A stretch of DNA of 31,273 bases from Planctomycetota bacterium (GTDB taxonomy: Bacteria; Planctomycetota; Planctomycetia; Pirellulales; Lacipirellulaceae): the NCBI GenBank assembly GCA_039024355.1, contig JBCCQL010000001.1, positions 1 to 31,273 on the forward strand, given 5' to 3'. A program made the translations under genes and the position numbers. The stretch's first letter is position 1, and each line of letters starts with the position of its first letter. The notes beneath the pieces were generated by a model. That model saw only the letters and a list, made by a program, of their open reading frames with translations. It did not search any database and was not told the DNA's origin. Below are positions 27,535-31,273 of the stretch, piece after piece.

Positions 27535-28284
27535 ATGGGCGAATCGCAGGCGATCGGCGGGCCCGCGGCGGGGCCGCCCGGGTTGTTTGTTACCGGCACG
27601 GACACCGAGGTCGGCAAGACGTACGTCACCGCGTTGATCGCCCGGCAACTGGTGGCCGAGGGGCGGCGTGTGGGCGTCTACAAGCCGGTGGCCAGCGGCT
27701 GTGTGCCGGAGAGCGGCGGCCTGGTTTCTGAAGACGCCGCCGCGCTGTGGGAGGCGGCGGGGCGGCCGCTCTCGCTGCGGCAGGTCTGCCCCCAGCGGTT
27801 TAAGGCGCCCGTAGCGCCCAACCGGTCCGCCGCGGCGGAGGGCAAAACCGTGGACGCCGGGCTGCTGCGGTCGGGCGTCGACCCGTGGACGGCAAGTGGC
27901 GCCGACGGGCGGCCGGCGTTCGACTTCGTCCTGGTCGAGGGCGCTGGCGGGCTGCTCTCGCCGATCTCCGACGCGGACTACGTCGCGGACCTGGCGATCG
28001 ACCTGCACGCGCGGTTCGGCTGGCCGCTGCTGGTGGCCGCCGCCAACAAGCTGGGCACGATCAACGCCACGCTGCAGACCGTCATCACCGCCAGCGCGTA
28101 CCGCACGGGGCTGCCGGTCGCCGGCGTGGTGCTGAGCCAAGTGGCGGAGCGGCCCGACACGAGCGCCGCCAGCAACCACCTCGACATCGCCCGCAGCAGC
28201 CCGGCCCCGCTGCTGGCCGACGTGCGGTTTGGCGGCGGGTTCGAAGAGGCGATCGACTGGCTATCGCTGGCGACCGCGCCTTAA
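27535..28284 (+). CDS. bioD: Dethiobiotin synthase
   Basis: FVTGTDTEVGKT, YKPVASG, VEGAGG and LGTIN motifs. ATG 27535. Confidence 0.95.
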   Translation: MGESQAIGGPAAGPPGLFVTGTDTEVGKTYVTALIARQLVAEGRRVGVYKPVASGCVPESGGLVSEDAAALWEAAGRPLSLRQVCPQRFKAPVAPNRSAAAEGKTVDAGLLRSGVDPWTASGADGRPAFDFVLVEGAGGLLSPISDADYVADLAIDLHARFGWPLLVAAANKLGTINATLQTVITASAYRTGLPVAGVVLSQVAERPDTSAASNHLDIARSSPAPLLADVRFGGGFEEAIDWLSLATAP

Positions 28285-28310
28285 CCACGGAGTCACGGAG
28301 AGCACCGAGG
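28284..28310 (+). repeat. Single arm of the CACGGAG-type dispersed repeat
   Basis: ACCACGGAGTCACGGAGAGCACCGAGG, 22/27 identical to the reverse complement of 3944-3970. Confidence 0.6.
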
Positions 28311-28322
28311 CAGAAAGAAATT

Positions 28323-28404
28323 AACCGCAGATGGACGCAGATACGCGCAGATGGGATTTGCTTGCGGAAGCCCTATCCGCGTTCATCGGCGTCCATCCGC
28401 GGCT
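28323..28404. repeat. REP-like inverted repeat (CGCAGAT 10-nt-period family) between convergent genes
   Basis: AACCGCAGATGGACGCAGATACGCGCAGAT (28323-28352) and ATCCGCGTTCATCGGCGTCCATCCGCGGCT (28375-28404) are 23/30 complementary, with a 22-nt spacer. Confidence 0.8.
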
Positions 28405-28774
28405 AATTCTCTTCCGACGCCGCCGCGGCCCGCTTGGCTTTGCGGACGTCGATGAAGCTCTTGACGAACACCGCCAACGCCAGCAGCGTCGACAGCAGCA
28501 TGACGCTCACACGGGCGATGGCCGCCCCGTCCTCACGGCCAATCGCGCCCTTGAGCGGCATCGCCAGGCCCAGCAAGATCAGCAGCGTCGCCCCGGCCGC
28601 CCTGTGGGCAATCTTTTTGTTGCCCTTCCGTAGGCCGGGGTTCAGCGCGGCGATGATTACGCCAAAGCCGACAGGGATCAGCGCCGTCTTGGCGTAGTCG
28701 GACGAGACAAAACCGTACAGCCCGACACCTATCAAGATCAGGGCGTTCAGCAGGCTCACATTGGCGGGCGTCAT
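28403..28774 (-). CDS. Small membrane protein, about 4 TM helices (TMEM14-like)
   Basis: ATG start, LLNALILIGVGLYGF, TALIP..FG and basic C-terminus FVKSFIDVRK. Confidence 0.8.
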   Translation of the reverse strand: MTPANVSLLNALILIGVGLYGFVSSDYAKTALIPVGFGVIIAALNPGLRKGNKKIAHRAAGATLLILLGLAMPLKGAIGREDGAAIARVSVMLLSTLLALAVFVKSFIDVRKAKRAAAASEEN

Positions 28775-28942
28775 GGTGTGGTTCCTTGCGGTTCGTAGCT
28801 ACGCGGCCGGGGCGGGTAAGGGGTAAGCGGATCGCTCCGCAACACGTCCGCACGATGCCTTGGTCGTTTGCGGCGGTATCAGCAGAATCGGCCGTGCAGC
28901 GCCGATCGCCTGCCCCGGCTTTCGGTTGTGTGCGTCACCAAC

Positions 28943-31147
28943 TTAAACGGTCGCGGCCACCGGCTCGGCGTGCATGCGCGACTCGGCCAGGCTGGTGTCG
29001 GCGGCCAGGCTCATCGAGACGCTCCAGCGGCCCTCGGCGTCGGCCTGCAAGATCCAGTGCGGCACGACCACCGTCTGCTGGTGCACCAGCTCGAAGCCCG
29101 CCTCGCTCTGGCTCACGGTGCCGATCGGAAAGGTCCAGATCGATGTCGGCCGGTCGACCGACAGGCCGACGTCGATGCCCAGCCACTCGTCGCGCAGGCC
29201 CAGGCGGGTGACGTCGATCAGGTCGAGCCGCTCGCCCAAGTGGCCGAGGCGGTCGCCGCCGGCTTCGCCGTTGTCGCCGTTGTCGCCCACCGCGCCGGTG
29301 TGGAAGTAGCGGTCGTCGGCGCCGGCGGGCAGGCCGGCTAGGTTCAGCTCGACGGCGAAGTGCAGCGGCCGGTCGGTCGGCAGGCCCTCCAGCAGGTAGG
29401 TGATGTCGAGCGTGTCGCTGCCCGCGGCGAGCGTCACGCCCTTGGTCAGCCGCACCGGCACGCCGTCGACGTGGCCGTCGCGTGTGAGCAGCGTCTGCAC
29501 CCTGCCGTCGGATCGGCGGAGCTTGGCCTCAAAAGGCTGGGCAACGAAGTCGCCCTGCTCGCGCTGCTCGCCACGCTCCACCAGGTCCAGCGAGGCGTCG
29601 AGGTCGTAGAAGTGGTCGACCAACGCCTTGCGCGGGTAAGTGTCGTACCGCAGCATCTGGTCGAGGCCCTCCTGCTTGAAGACCACGCGGTCGTGGATGC
29701 TGGCCGCGGCGTCGGCGCCCTGCTGCTGGCCCGCGCGGACCTTGCGGTGGTAGGCCTCCTCGCGGCGGCCGAGCGTGGCCAGCAGGTTGTGGCAGATGCT
29801 GCGGACGTCCAGCTCGTAGAGCGTGCCGCCGTCGGCGGGCGAGACCAGCGCCACCAGCCGGTCCGACGCGAGGCGGACCTCCTTGCGGCCGTCTAGCGTG
29901 TAGTCCGCGGCGTCGGCCTCGGCCCACTGCCCGCCGCGGCCCTGGTACTGGTCCATCAGGTTGTCGGCGGCGATCAGGTGGTTGTAAACGGCGTTGCGCA
30001 GGTGCGGCAGGTAGACGCCGCCGAAGGCGCCGTGCCAGTAGCTGCAGTTGCACTGGCCGCGGTACAGCTCCGTGGTGGCGTGGTCCAGCAGCTCGCTGTG
30101 ATTCTGCTGGGAGCGCCGCAGCCCGTCGAGCCGGCGGCTGACCATCTGCATGCGGGCGTACATCTCGTTGGTTTCTGGGTAGCGGGCCTTGAAGTTCCGC
30201 CAGTAGCCGCCGCGGACGAAGGGCTGGATCGCCTCCCACTTGCCGGCGTGCTCCAGGTCGTGCTGGGCGTCGTGCTGGCGGTTCTGCTGCTCGGCGGGCA
30301 GGGCCCACTCGATCATCTCGCGGTAGCTGCCCTCGGGGATGTACAGCTTGCCCAGCGGCGCCACGCTGGCCAGGGCCTCGCTCGGCGTGGTGACCTGCAG
30401 CCAGTCGCCGTTGTCCCGCAGGGCGTCGAAGAAGCGGGCCAGCCAGCCGTTGTCGTAGACGTGCTGTTTGGTGTCGGGCCAGGTGCCGAACTTCTCGCCG
30501 TCGTCGCCGAACACCATCACCGCCCCGGGCGACTGCTGCGCGACGCCCCGCAGGTAGTCGATGGTCTCGTGCGGCTCGGCGAACGGGATGGTGTAGCGCA
30601 GCCGCTCGCTGCCCGGCAGCACGGAGACGACGCGGCCGTCGTCTTCGGTGACGTAGTAGCCGTGCAGCTGCTCGCCGGTCCAGCCGGCGTTGCGGAAGTG
30701 GTAGTCGTCCAGCAGCGTGTACTCGATGCCCGCCTCGGCGATCTGGCTGGTGAGCGACTGCTCCCAGACACGCTCGGGCATCCACATGCCACGCACCTCG
30801 GCGCCCAGCCGCTGCTGGAGCCAGTCTGTGTAGGCCCGGATCTGGCCGACGCGGTCACGCGGCGGGATCATCGTCAGGATGGGCTCGTAGTAGGCGCCGC
30901 CGACGACCTCGATCCGCCCCGCCCGGACCAGGCCCGACAGCCGGTCGACGTACTCCGGGTGCGCCCGGTCGATCCACTCCATCAGCGAGCCGCTCGTGTG
31001 CAGCGCGATCTTGAGCGTCTCGTACCGCTCGAACACATCGAGGAACGGCAGGTAGCTGTCCTGGTACGCCTGCTCCATCACGCCGTCGAAGTTGCCGATC
31101 GGCTGGTGGTTGTGCAGGACCAGGAGCAGGCGGAGGCTAGGTGTCAT
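28943..31147 (-). CDS. GH57 alpha-amylase/4-alpha-glucanotransferase (DUF1925/DUF1926 architecture)
   Basis: [27 protein letters not shown] (nucleophile Glu), FGDDGEKFG (acid/base Asp), SYREM.EW and [20 protein letters not shown]. Confidence 0.95.
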   Translation of the reverse strand: MTPSLRLLLVLHNHQPIGNFDGVMEQAYQDSYLPFLDVFERYETLKIALHTSGSLMEWIDRAHPEYVDRLSGLVRAGRIEVVGGAYYEPILTMIPPRDRVGQIRAYTDWLQQRLGAEVRGMWMPERVWEQSLTSQIAEAGIEYTLLDDYHFRNAGWTGEQLHGYYVTEDDGRVVSVLPGSERLRYTIPFAEPHETIDYLRGVAQQSPGAVMVFGDDGEKFGTWPDTKQHVYDNGWLARFFDALRDNGDWLQVTTPSEALASVAPLGKLYIPEGSYREMIEWALPAEQQNRQHDAQHDLEHAGKWEAIQPFVRGGYWRNFKARYPETNEMYARMQMVSRRLDGLRRSQQNHSELLDHATTELYRGQCNCSYWHGAFGGVYLPHLRNAVYNHLIAADNLMDQYQGRGGQWAEADAADYTLDGRKEVRLASDRLVALVSPADGGTLYELDVRSICHNLLATLGRREEAYHRKVRAGQQQGADAAASIHDRVVFKQEGLDQMLRYDTYPRKALVDHFYDLDASLDLVERGEQREQGDFVAQPFEAKLRRSDGRVQTLLTRDGHVDGVPVRLTKGVTLAAGSDTLDITYLLEGLPTDRPLHFAVELNLAGLPAGADDRYFHTGAVGDNGDNGEAGGDRLGHLGERLDLIDVTRLGLRDEWLGIDVGLSVDRPTSIWTFPIGTVSQSEAGFELVHQQTVVVPHWILQADAEGRWSVSMSLAADTSLAESRMHAEPVAATV

Positions 31148-31166
31148 GAGGGGGTTGGCAGGCGCG

Positions 31167-31273
31167 AGGTGGTAGGTGGTAGGTGGCGGTTGGGAGTTGG
31201 GAGTTGGGAGTTGGGAGTTGGGAGTTGGGAGTTGGGAGTTGGGAGTTGGGAGTTGGGAGTTGGGAGTTGGGAG
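31167..31273 (+). repeat. Heptamer array AGTTGGG running off the window end
   Basis: AGGTGGT x2, AGGTGGC, GGTTGGG, then AGTTGGG x11 (31195-31271) plus a partial unit. Confidence 0.97.

Noticed and set aside
27535-28284. Lone bioD as part of a vitamin island with the B12 operon
   Set aside because: It is 2.2 kb away, separated by a convergent gene, and shares no visible regulatory site. Dispersed bio genes are common.

Overview
Very GC-rich bacterial chromosomal window, almost certainly from a planctomycete (Pirellulales/Lacipirellulaceae-like). The evidence is a DUF1559 prepilin, four PEP-CTERM proteins (two with GDxNGDGxVDGADY dockerin-like tails) and a VWA/GATase-like membrane protein. About 24 genes are supported, most on the + strand. 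They include two YcjF/DUF697-type GTPase paralogs, an SDR, two SAM methyltransferases, a GT4, an RpoD-family sigma factor, an SGNH hydrolase, bioD, a GH57 enzyme and a degenerate aroE-like gene broken by an in-frame TAG inside a 12-bp repeat. The standout is a cobalamin-riboswitch operon at 21.1-25.3 kb with a clear sigma70 promoter. It encodes a DUF1559 prepilin, two PEP-CTERM-anchored proteins resembling Bacteroidota B12-binding domains (DUF4465 and BtuH-like), a Cys-rich DUF5522-type protein and a methyltransferase, with no btuB or btuCDF. It is a candidate TonB-independent cobamide-capture system. Intergenic DNA carries 7-mer arrays, a 13-mer array and REP/REPIN-like inverted repeats. Family calls come from motif recognition only; no database searches were run.
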